Shown piece by piece: positions 30,071 to 40,635 of a stretch of DNA of 64,000 nt. Source of the stretch: a virus (taxonomy: Duplodnaviria > Heunggongvirae > Uroviricota > Caudoviricetes); the IMG/VR virus record IMGVR_UViG_2734482597_000010; one strand, 5' to 3'. Under the pieces are notes generated by a model. That model saw nothing but the letters and a program-made list of their open reading frames with translations. It did no database searches and was not told the DNA's origin. The position numbers and the translations under genes were made by a program. Position 1 is the stretch's first letter; each line of letters starts with the position of its first letter.

Positions 30071-31210
30071 ATGGCTGGAAATACCCTGACCGGGTTGATC
30101 CCGACTATTTATACCGCCCTGGATGTTGTATCCCGTGAGCAGGTAGGTTTTATCCCTGCGGTAGCAAAAAACGCAAAAGCTGACGCCGCAGCAAAAGATC
30201 AGACGGTAACCGCGCCAGTTGCGCCTGAGGCGAAAACCGAAGATATCGTACCGGGGCCGTCAGCTCCGAATACCGGTGATCAAAATATTGGCACTGTTGA
30301 TGTAAAAATTACTAAATCCAAAATGGCACCGGTTAAATGGAATGGTGAAGAACAACTGGCTCTTGGCCCTTCAGGGACTTACAACACCATTCTGGCTGAT
30401 CAGTTCAAGCAGGCTTTTCGCGCCCTTGCAAACGAGGTTGAGGCTGATCTTGGTGCGTTGTATTTCGGTGCTTCCCGCGCCGTGGGAACCGCAGGGACAA
30501 CGCCGTTTGGTGTTAAAGATGATCTTTCTGATGCTGCTCTGGCTCGTCAGGTTCTGGAGGATAACGGCGCACCGACAACCGATCTGCAGATGGTGCTTGG
30601 CTCCACTGCCATTGCTAATTTGCGCGGAAAACAGTCTGTATTGTTTAAAGTGAATGAATCCGGCACTGAACAGCTACTGCGTGAGGGCGTGTTGGGGCGT
30701 CTGGAGGGATTCAATATTCACAGTTCGGCAGGTGTGAAACGAGCGCCAAAGGTTGCTGCAACTGGTTATCTCGTGAATGGAGAGAAAAAAGAAGGCGATG
30801 TTCTTATTTCCATTGATACTGGTTCGGGGAGTATTTCTGCAGGTCAGATTGTTACGTTCGCTGGTGATCCGAATCAGTATGTTGTGGCAGCAGCGACCAG
30901 CAATCTGATTACTCTTGCAGCGCCCGGACTGCGTCAGGATCTGGCCGATGATACTGCCATCACAGTTGTTGGGGCCTTTACTGCAAATATGGCGTTTGAT
31001 CGCAACGCGTTTCTGCTGGCATCCCGTACTCCGGCAATGCCGGAAGGTGGCGATAATGCTGATGATGTAATGAATGTTACGGACCCGATTTCAGGGATTA
31101 CGTTCCAGATTGCACTGTATCGTCAGTATCGCCAGGTGCGCTATGAAGTTGGACTGGCATGGGGTGTTTCATCAGTGAAGCCGGCACATGGTTGTCTGAT
31201 TCTTGGTTAA
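30071..31210 (+). CDS. major capsid protein
   Basis: ATG at 30071 (MAGNTLTGLIPT) within the 410-aa ORF; position after scaffold, followed by strong terminator. Confidence 0.7.
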   Translation: MAGNTLTGLIPTIYTALDVVSREQVGFIPAVAKNAKADAAAKDQTVTAPVAPEAKTEDIVPGPSAPNTGDQNIGTVDVKITKSKMAPVKWNGEEQLALGPSGTYNTILADQFKQAFRALANEVEADLGALYFGASRAVGTAGTTPFGVKDDLSDAALARQVLEDNGAPTTDLQMVLGSTAIANLRGKQSVLFKVNESGTEQLLREGVLGRLEGFNIHSSAGVKRAPKVAATGYLVNGEKKEGDVLISIDTGSGSISAGQIVTFAGDPNQYVVAAATSNLITLAAPGLRQDLADDTAITVVGAFTANMAFDRNAFLLASRTPAMPEGGDNADDVMNVTDPISGITFQIALYRQYRQVRYEVGLAWGVSSVKPAHGCLILG

Positions 31211-31220
31211 ACATTCAAAC

Positions 31221-31240
31221 GGGGCTTCGGCCCCATTTTT
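31221..31240 (+). terminator. intrinsic terminator after capsid gene
   Basis: GGGGC-TTCG-GCCCC then ATTTTT. Confidence 0.6.
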
Positions 31241-31252
31241 AATGGGGGGCAT

Positions 31253-31429
31253 ATGGCCGGATTAACTAAAGAGCAAAGAGCACAGCGTGAAGCCGCACAA
31301 AAAACGCAAATTGAGTTAGTGGTTATGGTGACCGATTATCAGATGTTTCCCGGCGCACCAACTATCGCTAATGTTCATCCTGATGAAGTTGACAACTGGA
31401 AGGCTATGGGCTGGAAAACTCAGGAGTAA
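31253..31429 (+). CDS. small hypothetical protein (58 aa)
   Basis: read by eye: MAGLTKEQRAQREAAQKTQ...MGWKTQE; below ORF-track cutoff. Confidence 0.3.
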   Translation: MAGLTKEQRAQREAAQKTQIELVVMVTDYQMFPGAPTIANVHPDEVDNWKAMGWKTQE

Positions 31430-31432
31430 CAC

Positions 31433-31828
31433 ATGATCACTTACGTGACCTGTGATGACGTTGATAATGCGTTTGGGAACGCCTGGACGAGTGAGAACGC
31501 TAAAAATAAAGCTGTTTTAATGGCTAATGCCTGGCTTAATGGCTTCAACCTGAAAATTAACCCATCCCGTATTCCGGAAGAGGTAAAACTTGCGGGAGCA
31601 TATGCAGCCAGAATTGCCTCATTCGGTAAGTTGTTTCAGCAGAAAAATGATTCTGGCGTTGTTATCAGTAAAGCCGTGTCGGCTGACGGGGTCAGTGTAT
31701 CGAAATCATTTTCTGAGTTGCCAGCAAACAGCACTGCATTGCTTGAACCCGATTTACAGCTTGCGATAGCACTGCTGAAACCGTACGGACTTAGTCGCTC
31801 ACAAGTCAGGGTTGTGAGGGGGGGATAA
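31433..31828 (+). CDS. putative head-tail connector / DNA packaging protein
   Basis: 131-aa ORF in head-tail joining gene cluster; function by position. Confidence 0.45.
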   Translation: MITYVTCDDVDNAFGNAWTSENAKNKAVLMANAWLNGFNLKINPSRIPEEVKLAGAYAARIASFGKLFQQKNDSGVVISKAVSADGVSVSKSFSELPANSTALLEPDLQLAIALLKPYGLSRSQVRVVRGG

Positions 31829-32211
31829 TGGGGCTTCGTGAAGAGATTCAGTCAGAGGTTGCCGCTGCTTTTGATGAGGATTTAGCGGACGCCGTGAGTG
31901 ATTTTTCTGGTTCTTACGTTACGCACCGGCACTGGGATCCTGTGACGGAAACTGGCGGCGAATCCACCGCAATCTATACCGGGCGAGGCGTGTTGACACG
32001 TTATAAGCTGGGCAGAATTGATGGGATTAATATTTTGCATGGTGACCTTAAATTAACCGCTCTGGTATGCGAGGTTACGGATAAACCAGCTGTCGACCAT
32101 ATTATTGAGATTTATGATCCTGTATCAAGGCAGTTACAACGATACGAGGTAATTACAGCAAGTGTAGATCCTTCCGCATCAGTTTACTCTATCCAGTTAA
32201 GGAGAGCGTAA
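31828..32211 (+). CDS. putative head-tail joining protein
   Basis: 127-aa ORF, translationally coupled (ATG overlaps previous stop). Confidence 0.45.
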   Translation: MGLREEIQSEVAAAFDEDLADAVSDFSGSYVTHRHWDPVTETGGESTAIYTGRGVLTRYKLGRIDGINILHGDLKLTALVCEVTDKPAVDHIIEIYDPVSRQLQRYEVITASVDPSASVYSIQLRRA

Positions 32212-32592
32212 ATGGCAAAGGCATGGGATATAGAACCGTCAATATTTGCCGGGATGATTGAGGAAGATGTAGGGCTGAAGATTCGCTACATCGCTATGCA
32301 GATTCTTACTGCTATTGATATTGCTGCTCCGGTTGATACCGGACGTTTCAGAAATAACAACCTGGTGTCGTTACAGCATCCCGATTTTGGTATATCTGAT
32401 AACGTGGATCCGAACGGTACGATTGCTGTTCAGCGTGGGATCGGGGTTATTTCGAAAGCTGCAAATTACGGGGTTATTTATATCCAGAATAACCTTCCTT
32501 ATGCAGAGGCTCTTGAAAACGGTCATTCACAACAAGCGCCAACTGGCGTGTATGCCAACGCTTTTCATGGTGTTTTACAGGCTTACAAATGA
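32212..32592 (+). CDS. putative head-tail joining / tail component
   Basis: 126-aa ORF, tightly packed. Confidence 0.45.
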   Translation: MAKAWDIEPSIFAGMIEEDVGLKIRYIAMQILTAIDIAAPVDTGRFRNNNLVSLQHPDFGISDNVDPNGTIAVQRGIGVISKAANYGVIYIQNNLPYAEALENGHSQQAPTGVYANAFHGVLQAYK

Positions 32593-32981
32593 AGTTTACT
32601 GAAATCAGAAATACGGTTATTTCCAGAATGACGGCACAGACGATTATTGATGGAAAAGACGTATTGTATCCGAACGGGCCAACGTTCGATCCTTCCGGTA
32701 AGTTAATCTGGGCGCGGTTAAGTAATATTCCCGGGCAGGCTGGAGTTAATGAAATTGGCGCGGGGCCGGTTGTTTATCGCACGGGGATAATCATTATTCA
32801 GTTATTTGTCCCCGCAGGTTCTGGTTCAAAACTCATTACTGAGACAGCCGATAAATTGCGGGAACTGTTTGAGTTTCAGGATGACGATCGTCTCAGTTAC
32901 CAGGCTGTTTCCTCAATAGCCGTTGGCGAAAAGAATGGCTGGTTCCAGCTTAATCTTCAAATTCCATATCGCGCGCTCTAG
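32589..32981 (+). CDS. putative tail completion protein
   Basis: 130-aa ORF overlapping previous stop. Confidence 0.45.
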   Translation: MKFTEIRNTVISRMTAQTIIDGKDVLYPNGPTFDPSGKLIWARLSNIPGQAGVNEIGAGPVVYRTGIIIIQLFVPAGSGSKLITETADKLRELFEFQDDDRLSYQAVSSIAVGEKNGWFQLNLQIPYRAL

Positions 32982-33007
32982 CGCAATTAATGACATAGGA
33001 GGCTCCT

Positions 33008-33970
33008 GTGAGTTCAGGTGCAAAGGTTATCTCGGCATTTATCCGGGAGACGGTTGCAGGCACTACGCCAGCAAGTGGTGACTGGAGTTTATTAAAACGC
33101 ACAAGCTGGGGAGTAAAACCCACCCAGAATAAAGGCGAAAATAATGAGATTGGTGGCTCCCGGATGGCTCAGGGGGCGACGCCTGGCACTGTGGATGTCG
33201 GCGGTGATGTTGGTACCAAATTTCGCTGGGGTCAACATGATGATTTTCTTGCATCCTGTTTCGGCGCGGAATGGTCAGGCGATTCTCTGACAATGGGGAA
33301 TGAGCGAATAACATTTTCTCTGGCGACCTATGCGTCCGATGTCGGAATTGCCTCTGTCGTCAGAGGAGCGCAGGTTGGCTCATGGAAAATGCAGATCCCT
33401 AACGACGGCGATATTACAGCGACCGTAACCTTTGCCGGACTGGACTGGGAATCAAAGGCCGATGATACGAATTTTATCAAAGGCGAACCTGTGGATAGTG
33501 CAGGAAAGCTACGTTATTCGTTTAAGGAGGTTTCAGCAGTAAGCCTGAATGGTGTTGCCGGAGGTAACGGTTTTTGTATCGACAGTTTTGATATTCAGTT
33601 CGATAACAAACTCCAGACACAGCGTTGTATCGGGACTGGCTCGCCTTATGCAGGAGCAAATATTCCGACTACTTTTACACCGTCCGGTACGGTGACGCTT
33701 TCATGGTCTAAAGCCGCGTGGGAAATCTGGAGTAAAACACTGACTGGAGAAACAGTTCCGTTCAGCTTCACGCTTTCGAATGGAGAGGGGGCATACACTT
33801 TCAGTTTCCCGAAGGTTCAGGTGTCAGGTGAATGGCCTGATGGGGGTAATAGCGACATTATCCAGGTTCAATTGAGCATTACCGCAGCAGATGAAGCACC
33901 TACGATAACCAGAAAAAAAAATTCCCCGGCTGCCGTGATCGCAAAAGCCAGTGCTGAGGCGATTAGTTGA
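33008..33970 (+). CDS. putative major tail protein
   Basis: 320-aa ORF (GTG start) preceding chaperone and tape measure genes. Confidence 0.5.
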   Translation: MSSGAKVISAFIRETVAGTTPASGDWSLLKRTSWGVKPTQNKGENNEIGGSRMAQGATPGTVDVGGDVGTKFRWGQHDDFLASCFGAEWSGDSLTMGNERITFSLATYASDVGIASVVRGAQVGSWKMQIPNDGDITATVTFAGLDWESKADDTNFIKGEPVDSAGKLRYSFKEVSAVSLNGVAGGNGFCIDSFDIQFDNKLQTQRCIGTGSPYAGANIPTTFTPSGTVTLSWSKAAWEIWSKTLTGETVPFSFTLSNGEGAYTFSFPKVQVSGEWPDGGNSDIIQVQLSITAADEAPTITRKKNSPAAVIAKASAEAIS

Positions 33971-34018
33971 TTTTCCGTTATTCCTCCTGTGGTACTGCCC
34001 TACAGGGGGACGCATTGA

Positions 34019-34480
34019 ATGAGGTTATGGATGTTTATTCTTAATCAGAAAATTATCATTGGTGGAGAACGCTGGTTTACGCCAATGAAGGACTTAAAAC
34101 CTGTAGACGGGTTAAAACTGTTGGTGGCAAGCAGCGATAACGATCAGTATCGCTCCCGTAATGCATTAATCCGTCGCCACATTGAGAAAATGGATGCCAG
34201 TTTGCACGTCGGAACGAAGGAGTTTGATATTTCAAAGGTTTCCGAGGTGGATTCTGTTGATGATTTACTCATTGATAATGCCGCTCGTTATCTGCTGAAA
34301 GACTGGAAAGGGGTTGGTGAACTGGTTAATGGTGTTGAGGTTGCACTGGAATATACGGCAGAACGAGGGATCGCGCTGCTTAAGCAGAATCCAGAGTTGT
34401 ACTGGCAGATCCTTGCAGAAGCAGCCAGCATCGCCCAGGGTAAAGAGCAGCAGAAGCAGGATACGATAAAAAAGCCATAG
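34019..34480 (+). CDS. tail assembly chaperone (G-like)
   Basis: 153-aa ORF ending ...DTIKKP with slippery A_AAA_AAG at its 3' end. Confidence 0.6.
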   Translation: MRLWMFILNQKIIIGGERWFTPMKDLKPVDGLKLLVASSDNDQYRSRNALIRRHIEKMDASLHVGTKEFDISKVSEVDSVDDLLIDNAARYLLKDWKGVGELVNGVEVALEYTAERGIALLKQNPELYWQILAEAASIAQGKEQQKQDTIKKP

Positions 34481-34788
34481 CTGCCCAGCGGTGGTTATCG
34501 GAGTTCGGGGGAGAAAGGGGGGAAAAGGCAAGATGGAAGCGAGAAAAACTCAGGTTGCCACCGATACCGGAACCAGAAATAGACCCGGTGCTTAAGGAGT
34601 TGTTGTACGCCTATTCGGTAATATCCCGTGCCCGACGTTATGCTGGAATGGCTGGGGTGCCTTTGCCTTTATCTCTGACAGAGATAAATGAATATTTAGC
34701 CACTCATCCGGTATTGATTGAGCGCGATGAATTTGAAGCAGTGATCTTTGCACTGGATGACCAGTATTTTCAGGAGCAGTGTGTGTAG
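34468..34788 (+). other. -1 frameshift extension of tail chaperone (GT-like product)
   Basis: -1 frame is open from the slippery heptamer A_AAA_AAG (34468-34474) to the stop at 34788. Confidence 0.5.
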
Positions 34789-34910
34789 TTGTTAATTACG
34801 TACACTCTGTTACAGAGATGTGATGGTGTCTTTAATTAAATCGATGATGCTCCTGGAGAAAAGCATTGCGTGGCCTCGTAATCGCTATATCTACTATTAT
34901 GTCGCCTGAA

Positions 34911-34935
34911 ACCCACTTCGCGGTGGGTTTTTTGT
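34911..34935 (+). terminator. hairpin + T run upstream of tape measure gene
   Basis: ACCCAC-TTCGCG-GTGGGT then TTTTTGTTG. Confidence 0.4.
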
Positions 34936-34953
34936 TGTCAGGAGTTTTAATAA

Positions 34954-37900
34954 ATGGCAGAGCAAACCTCGCGTCTCGCAATAATTATTGATAGCACTGG
35001 AGCGAAAAATAATGCTGACAATCTGACCTCCTCATTAGTCAAAATGACGCAGGCTGGGGAAACTGCTGCAAATAGCGCAGGGAAAGTGACTAAGGCAACA
35101 GAAGATGAGAAGAACGCGCTCGCAAAATTAAAAGCAGCTATTGATCCAGTTGGTGCCGCAATTGATACTGTCGGTCGACGCTATTCTGAATTAAAGAAAT
35201 TTTTCGATAAAGGGCTTATTGATAAAGAAGAATATGAATTTCTTGTCCGTAAACTTAATGAAACCACAGAGGAATTGAGCGGGGTTGCGCAAGCGCAGAG
35301 AGAAGCCGAGAAGGCCGGAAAACTTGCTGCCGCCCAGCAGGAAGCGCAGGCTCAGGCCTTTCAAAGAATGCTGGACAAGATCGACCCTCTGGCTGCGGCG
35401 CTAAGAAATCTTGAACAACAGCATGATGAACTTAATGCTGCGTTTGCATCCGGGAAAATAAATGGTTCTCAGTTTGAGAATTATAGCCGAAAAATACAGG
35501 AAACACGGCGAGAGCTTACCGGAGAGGCTCAGGCAGAGCGAGAAGCAGCAAAAGCGCATGATGAACAGGTTGTTGCTTTGCAACGTCTGATTGCTCAACT
35601 TGATCCTGTCGGAACTGCTTTTAATCGTCTGGTAGAACAACAGAAACAGCTCAATGAAGCAAAAGCTAAGGGGATGCTTTCTCCTGAAATGTATGAGGAG
35701 CTTTCTGGAAAACTTCGTGCTATGCGGAGTGAGCTTGAGGTTACTCAATCACAATTAAGCAAAACCGGAATGTCGGCAAAACAAACGGCTTTTGCTATGC
35801 GCATGTTGCCTGTACAAATGACGGATATTGTTGTTGGGTTGTCCACTGGTCAGTCGCCATTTATGGTGTTAATGCAGCAGGGCGGCCAGCTAAAAGATAT
35901 GTTCGGTGGGATTGGCCCGGCGATCAAAGGTGTAGGTTCTTATGTGCTGGGATTAATTAATCCTTTTACCCTGGCCGCAGCAGCCGTTGGGGTCTTAGGA
36001 CTGGCTTACTATAAAGGCTCTCAGGAGCAGGACGAATTTAATAAATCTCTTATTCTTACCGGAAATCAGTTGGGGACAACCAGCGGGCAATTGGGCGATA
36101 TAGCTCAACGTGCCGGGAATGCGGCTGATTCGACAACTGGTGCTGCGGCGGCAGTATTAAATCAGCTTGTGCGTTCGGGAAAGGTAGCGAGCAGTTCGCT
36201 GGAGCAAGTGACGACAGCGATAGTAAAAACGAGCGAAGTAACAGGAATATCAACCGAACAACTGGTTAATGACTTCAATGAAATTGCAAAGGATCCTGTC
36301 AGTGCCATATCAAAACTTAATGATCAGTACCATTTTCTGACACTTGCGACTTATAACCAGATTAAGGCGCTACAGGATGAAGGGAACCAGCAGGAGGCCG
36401 CCCGCATTGCGACAGAAGAATACTCATCCTCAATGATCCAGCGCACCAACCAGATTAAAGAAAATCTTGGTTATCTTGAGACTGCATGGAAAGCTGTCGC
36501 AGACTCCGCAAAATGGGCATGGGATTCCATGCTGGATATTGGCCGTGAGGCCTCCCTTGATCAAAAAATCTCAGATGTTCTCCGTCAAATTGATGAAATA
36601 GAAAAAAATACCCGACCCGGAGTTTTCGGGTTAGGTGGCATTGGAGATGGCGGAGCTCAAAATAAAAGGCTGGCACGATTAAAGCAGCAATTGGGCGTAC
36701 TTCAAGCAGAAAAAATTGCTCAGGACGTACTAAATTCATCAATAAACGATTACAACAAGCGACAACAGGAAGGAATTGAACTCAGACAGAGAGCAGATGC
36801 CTTTTCAAAACAATATCAGACCCGGGAGCAGCAGAGAGCTAGTGAACTTGCAAAACTGGAAAAGCTAAAGAATCAGTATTCAAAGGAAGAATATAATAAT
36901 CTTATCGCTCAAATAAATGAGCGTTATAAAGATCCAAAGCAACCAAAGGCGAAAGGTTATTCTGATGATGCAGCCCAACGAATGATTGATCATCTGAATC
37001 AACAGAATGCGTTACTAAGTTCACAAGCTGAGTTGACCGTTAAATTAAGTTCCTCTGAACAGGAACTGGTTAAGTGGCGTCAGCGGATTGCCGACCTAGA
37101 GTCACGACCATCATCGAAATTAACCCAGGATCAGAAATCGCTTCTCTTACACCGGGAAGAAATAACCACGTTGATGGAGAAAAATGTTGCGATTGAAAAA
37201 AATAACAGGCTAATCAAGGAATCCGCCGAAATAACAGCATGGCGTGATTCATTGCAGGCTTCGATTGATAATCGTCAGCAGGGGTATGATATTCAGATTG
37301 CTGGTTATGGGGTTGGCGATAAAAATCAGCAACGCCAGCAGGAATTACTGCGGATTGAACATGGATATAACAATCAGCGTCTGCAACTTGAACGTGACTA
37401 TGCAGATAAATCCCGTGGAATGTCAGATCATGTTTTTCAAGAGAAAATGCAGGCTCTGAATGATGCTCTGGAACGGGAAAAAGAAATTGTCAGACAGAAA
37501 AACGAGCAGCTCGATATTCAGGCAGGAGACTGGGTTAGTGGTGCCTCCCAGGGATTCAATAACTGGCTGGATGACACTAAGGATATCAGTGAGCAGATAA
37601 AATCAACCACGACTCAGATGTTTGATGGGATGACCGATGCGCTGGGTGATTTTGTCACGACAGGCAAGGCAAATTTTCGTTCTTTCGCTACTTCCGTGAT
37701 TTCGGATCTTAGTCGAATAGCATTAAAGGCTTCAATTACTGGGATTTTCGACAGCATTAGTAACAGTTCTTCTGGGGGGATTTTAGGAACTATCGGGAGT
37801 GCTATTAGTAAATTTATTCCGAATGCAAAGGGCGGTGTTTATGAGTCTCCGTCATTGAGCACGTATTCGAACGGTATTTATGATTCCCCGCAATTTTTTG

Positions 37901-38187
37901 CTTTTGCAAAAGGGGCTGGTGTTTTTGGTGAGGCTGGACCGGAAGCCATTATGCCATTAACACGAACTTCCGATGGTTCTCTTGGTGTCAGAGCTATTAA
38001 TAGTAAAAGTGGTAATGGAGGCGGAGATATTACCTATGCCCCTGTATACCAAATCACTATTCAAAATGACGGCCAGAATGGAGAGATTGGCCCTCAGGCA
38101 ATAAAAGCACTTATGGGGATGGTTGATCAGCGGGTGCAGGGCAATCTGTTAAATATGCGACGTGATGGGGGAATGTTAAGTGGCTAA
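34954..38187 (+). CDS. tail tape measure protein
   Basis: 1077-aa ORF, coiled-coil-rich, followed by tail-tip genes. Confidence 0.85.
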   Translation: MAEQTSRLAIIIDSTGAKNNADNLTSSLVKMTQAGETAANSAGKVTKATEDEKNALAKLKAAIDPVGAAIDTVGRRYSELKKFFDKGLIDKEEYEFLVRKLNETTEELSGVAQAQREAEKAGKLAAAQQEAQAQAFQRMLDKIDPLAAALRNLEQQHDELNAAFASGKINGSQFENYSRKIQETRRELTGEAQAEREAAKAHDEQVVALQRLIAQLDPVGTAFNRLVEQQKQLNEAKAKGMLSPEMYEELSGKLRAMRSELEVTQSQLSKTGMSAKQTAFAMRMLPVQMTDIVVGLSTGQSPFMVLMQQGGQLKDMFGGIGPAIKGVGSYVLGLINPFTLAAAAVGVLGLAYYKGSQEQDEFNKSLILTGNQLGTTSGQLGDIAQRAGNAADSTTGAAAAVLNQLVRSGKVASSSLEQVTTAIVKTSEVTGISTEQLVNDFNEIAKDPVSAISKLNDQYHFLTLATYNQIKALQDEGNQQEAARIATEEYSSSMIQRTNQIKENLGYLETAWKAVADSAKWAWDSMLDIGREASLDQKISDVLRQIDEIEKNTRPGVFGLGGIGDGGAQNKRLARLKQQLGVLQAEKIAQDVLNSSINDYNKRQQEGIELRQRADAFSKQYQTREQQRASELAKLEKLKNQYSKEEYNNLIAQINERYKDPKQPKAKGYSDDAAQRMIDHLNQQNALLSSQAELTVKLSSSEQELVKWRQRIADLESRPSSKLTQDQKSLLLHREEITTLMEKNVAIEKNNRLIKESAEITAWRDSLQASIDNRQQGYDIQIAGYGVGDKNQQRQQELLRIEHGYNNQRLQLERDYADKSRGMSDHVFQEKMQALNDALEREKEIVRQKNEQLDIQAGDWVSGASQGFNNWLDDTKDISEQIKSTTTQMFDGMTDALGDFVTTGKANFRSFATSVISDLSRIALKASITGIFDSISNSSSGGILGTIGSAISKFIPNAKGGVYESPSLSTYSNGIYDSPQFFAFAKGAGVFGEAGPEAIMPLTRTSDGSLGVRAINSKSGNGGGDITYAPVYQITIQNDGQNGEIGPQAIKALMGMVDQRVQGNLLNMRRDGGMLSG

Positions 38188-38221
38188 TACGGAAGAATTT
38201 CACTGGTTACCAGAGGATGGA

Positions 38222-38518
38222 ATGAAAACAGAAAATAAACCATCGATAAAAACTGTAAGATTTGGTGATGGTTATGAGCAACGAAGTCCAAATGGACTTA
38301 ATCATTCTCTGCGCGTTTTCACCTGTGATTTCAAAGTTGAGGCGAATGAACGTGATTCATTTGAAAAATTTTTAGCCCGGCATGAAGGCTATAAATCTTT
38401 TTTTTGGCGCCCGCCGGGTATTAACAGAAAAATCAGAGTGGTGTGTCGAACGTGGTCAGCGACAGAACATATCACCTATACCGATTTTTCGTGTCAGTTT
38501 GACGAAGTGGTGATCTGA
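38222..38518 (+). CDS. minor tail protein M-like (diverged)
   Basis: ATG at 38222 (MKTENKPSIKTVRFGDGY) within the 112-aa ORF; parallels lambda M (MKTFRWKV...VRKVRFGDGY). Confidence 0.7.
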   Translation: MKTENKPSIKTVRFGDGYEQRSPNGLNHSLRVFTCDFKVEANERDSFEKFLARHEGYKSFFWRPPGINRKIRVVCRTWSATEHITYTDFSCQFDEVVI

Positions 38519-39216
38519 TGCAGGACATACAACAGGAAACGCTGAATGAATGCATTCGTGCGGAGCAGTCGGCCAGCGTGGTGCTCTGGGAAATCGACCT
38601 GACCGAGGTAGGCGGGGATCGCTACTTTTTCTGCAATGAGCAGAACGAGAAAGGAGAGTCTGTCACCTGGCAGAGTCGGCAGTATCAGGCCTATCCCATT
38701 CAGGGGAGTGGATTTGAGATGAACGGCAAAGGTGCCAGTGCAAGGCCAACGCTGAAAGTCTCTAATCTGCACGGCATGGTCACCGGGATGGCGGAAGACC
38801 TGCAGAGTCTGGTCGGCGGAACGGTGGTCAGGCGTAAGGTTTACGCCCGTTTTCTGGATGCGGTGAACTTCGTCAACGGAAACAGTGACGCCGATCCGGA
38901 GCAGGAGGTGATCAGCCGCTGGCGTATTGAGCAGTGCAGCGAACTGAGCGCGGTCAGTGCCTCCTTTGTACTGTCCACGCCGACGGAAACGGACGGCGCT
39001 GTTTTTCCGGGGCGCATCATGCTTGCTAATACCTGCACCTGGACCTATCGCGGTGATGAGTGCGGTTATCACGGTCCGGCTGTCGCGGATGAATATGACC
39101 AGCCAACGTCCGATATCACGAAGGATAAATGCAGCAAATGCCTGAGCGGTTGTAAGTTCCGCAATAACGTCGGCAACTTTGGCGGCTTCCTTTCCATTAA
39201 CAAACTTTCGCAGTAA
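38518..39216 (+). CDS. L: minor tail protein L (copy 1)
   Basis: 232-aa ORF; C-terminal two thirds identical to copy at 55597-56295. Confidence 0.9.
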   Translation: MQDIQQETLNECIRAEQSASVVLWEIDLTEVGGDRYFFCNEQNEKGESVTWQSRQYQAYPIQGSGFEMNGKGASARPTLKVSNLHGMVTGMAEDLQSLVGGTVVRRKVYARFLDAVNFVNGNSDADPEQEVISRWRIEQCSELSAVSASFVLSTPTETDGAVFPGRIMLANTCTWTYRGDECGYHGPAVADEYDQPTSDITKDKCSKCLSGCKFRNNVGNFGGFLSINKLSQ

Positions 39217-39221
39217 ATCCC

Positions 39222-39676
39222 ATGACACAGACAGAATCAGCGATTCTGGCGCACGCCCGGCGATGTGCGCCAGCGGAGTCGTGCGGCTTCGTGGTGAGAA
39301 CACCGGAGGGGGAAAGATATTTTCCCTGCGTGAATATTTCCGGTGAGCCGGAGGAGTATTTCCGGATGGCTCCGGAGGACTGGCTGCAGGCAGAGATGCA
39401 GGGTGAGATTGTGGCGCTGGTCCACAGCCACCCCGGTGGTCTGCCCTGGCTGAGTGAGGCCGACCGGCGGCTGCAGGTGCAGAGTGATTTGTCGTGGTGG
39501 CTGGTCTGCCGCGGGGCGATTCACAAGTTCCGCTGTGTGCCGCATCTCACCGGGCGGCGCTTTGAGCACGGGGTGACGGACTGTTACACGCTGTTCCGGG
39601 ACGCTTACCATCTGGCGGGAATTGAGATGCCAGATTTTCATCGTGAGGACGACTGGTGGCGTAATGGTCAGAATCT
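39222..39676 (+). CDS. K: tail tip protein K, 5' part (copy 1), interrupted by N run
   Basis: MTQTESAILAHARRCAPAESCGF...; runs into N run at 39677. Confidence 0.75.
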
Positions 39677-40003
39677 NNNNNNNNNNNNNNNNNNNNNNNN
39701 NNNNNNNNNNNNNNNNNNNNNNNNNNNNNNNNNNNNNNNNNNNNNNNNNNNNNNNNNNNNNNNNNNNNNNNNNNNNNNNNNNNNNNNNNNNNNNNNNNNN
39801 NNNNNNNNNNNNNNNNNNNNNNNNNNNNNNNNNNNNNNNNNNNNNNNNNNNNNNNNNNNNNNNNNNNNNNNNNNNNNNNNNNNNNNNNNNNNNNNNNNNN
39901 NNNNNNNNNNNNNNNNNNNNNNNNNNNNNNNNNNNNNNNNNNNNNNNNNNNNNNNNNNNNNNNNNNNNNNNNNNNNNNNNNNNNNNNNNNNNNNNNNNNN
40001 NNN
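39677..40003. other. run of 327 N spanning K/I junction
   Basis: literal n characters; K start to I end is 74 nt shorter than in copy 2, so the run is not length-true. Confidence 1.
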
Positions 40004-40460
40004 TGCCGGGCGTGATGCAGGCGAAAATGAATTATCTGCCCGTCTTAATGAACCGCTGGCAAATGGTGCCGTGATCCACATCGTTCCGCGTCTGGCGGGT
40101 GCCAAAAGTGGCGGTGTGTTTCAGGCGGTGCTGGGTGCGGCGCTGATTGCGGTGGCATGGTGGAACCCTGTGGGCTGGCTGGGGGCCGCGGCTGTATCGG
40201 GTATGTATGCAGCAGGGGCCAGTATGATCCTGGGTGGTGTGGCGCAGATGCTGGCACCGAAAGCCAGGACGCCCACGGCAGCCAGTACAGATAACGGCAA
40301 ACAGAACACGTATTTCTCGTCACTGGATAACATGGTTGCCCAGGGTAATGTTCTGCCTGTTCTGTACGGGGAAATGCGCGTGGGGTCACGTGTGGTTTCT
40401 CAGGAGATCAGCACGGCAGACGAAGGGGATGGTGGTCAGGTTGTGGTGATTGGTCGCTGA
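40004..40460 (+). CDS. I: tail tip protein I, 3' part (copy 1)
   Basis: ...IHIVPRLAGAKSGGVFQ...VVVIGR as in copy 2 and lambda I. Confidence 0.75.
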
Positions 40461-40520
40461 TGCAAAATGTTTTATGAGAAACCGCCTGCGGGCGGTTTTG
40501 TCGTTTATGGAGCGTGAGGA

Positions 40521-40634
40521 ATGGGTAAAGGCAGCAGTAAGGGGCATACCCCGCGCGAAGCGAAGGACAACCTGAAGTCCACGCAGCTGCTGAGTGTGAT
40601 CGATGCCATCAGTGAAGGGCCGGTTGAAGGTCCG
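40521..40634 (+). pseudogene. J: tail tip protein J, 5' fragment truncated at N / IS2 junction
   Basis: MGKGSSKGHTPREAKDNLKSTQLLSVIDAISEGPVEGP then single n (40635) and IS2 sequence. Confidence 0.7.
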
Positions 40635-40635
40635 N

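Larger units (their letters stand above)
38830..40634 (+). repeat. direct repeat copy 1 (3' L - K - I - 5' J), near-identical to 55909-57787
   Basis: by-eye comparison of the two L/K/I/J copies: first ~300 nt of L diverged, identical from about CGTAAGGTTTACGCCCG onward. Confidence 0.8.

Noticed and set aside
35401-36742. Minus-strand ORFs (35401-35748, 36056-36253, 36455-36742) inside the tape measure gene
   Set aside because: They are fully embedded antisense to a 1077-aa gene with clear phage context, with no RBS or independent evidence; treated as antisense artefacts.
39222-40460. Single 412-aa ORF spanning K and I in the ORF track
   Set aside because: The frame is bridged by 327 N translated as X; in copy 2 these are two overlapping genes (K and I) in different frames.
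40465-40500. Hairpin (ACCGCC-TGCG-GGCGGT) between I and J, and its weaker counterpart at 57618-57653
   Set aside because: Short T tract and a position inside a tail operon; more likely a conserved intergenic structure than a terminator, so not listed as a feature.
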